This document shows, piece by piece, positions 63,863-64,000 of a stretch of 64,000 bases of DNA (its first letter is position 1; every line of letters begins with the position of its first letter). Under the pieces are notes generated by a model. The model did no database searches. It was given only the letters and a program-made list of their open reading frames with translations, and had not been told where the DNA came from. This DNA comes from Eledone cirrhosa. Taxonomy: Eukaryota. The position numbers were made by a program, and so were the translations under genes. The stretch covers positions 366,916,001-366,980,000 of the forward strand of contig OZ024741.1 in the NCBI GenBank assembly GCA_964016885.1, given 5' to 3'.

Positions 63863-64000
63863 TTAATATTTTTTTAAGGCAACGCTTGTAATAACTCTAG
63901 TTAAACAGGATATATATTAATAATAAATTATCGTTGTAATGTAATTAGATTATGTAATTGTTATTATAAATTATCTTATAAATATTAGTGTAAGATGTAT

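Overview
AT-rich eukaryotic DNA, very likely from an octopus or other cephalopod (inferred from the SINE, RTE and microsatellite repertoire). I found no convincing host protein-coding exon. Almost all of the ORF track is either microsatellite read-through or broken retrotransposon ORFs. The window is a mosaic of tRNA-derived SINEs, decayed RTE, RTE-X-like, CR1 and CRE-like LINEs, TTAA-specific (piggyBac-like) and hAT-like MITEs, a 2.8-kb non-autonomous Helitron, a 957-bp element with perfect 213-bp TIRs, and a 7.1-kb two-phase (GTT)n(GGT)n-based satellite. The main hidden signal is a set of short non-coding inserts, mostly beside (TA)n runs and mostly with inverted duplications, that fold by eye into type I hammerhead ribozymes. 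There are 7 loci with a recognisable core: 1202-1236, 1594-1665, 9159-9201, 19668-19719, 34518-34600, 42014-42080 and 43595-43682. There is also one degenerate locus, two head-to-head mirror pairs and a 3-copy 'half-hammerhead' fold-back family. This resembles Penelope-like-element pLTR or retrozyme-type non-autonomous retroelements. All folds and alignments were done by hand and none has been tested.
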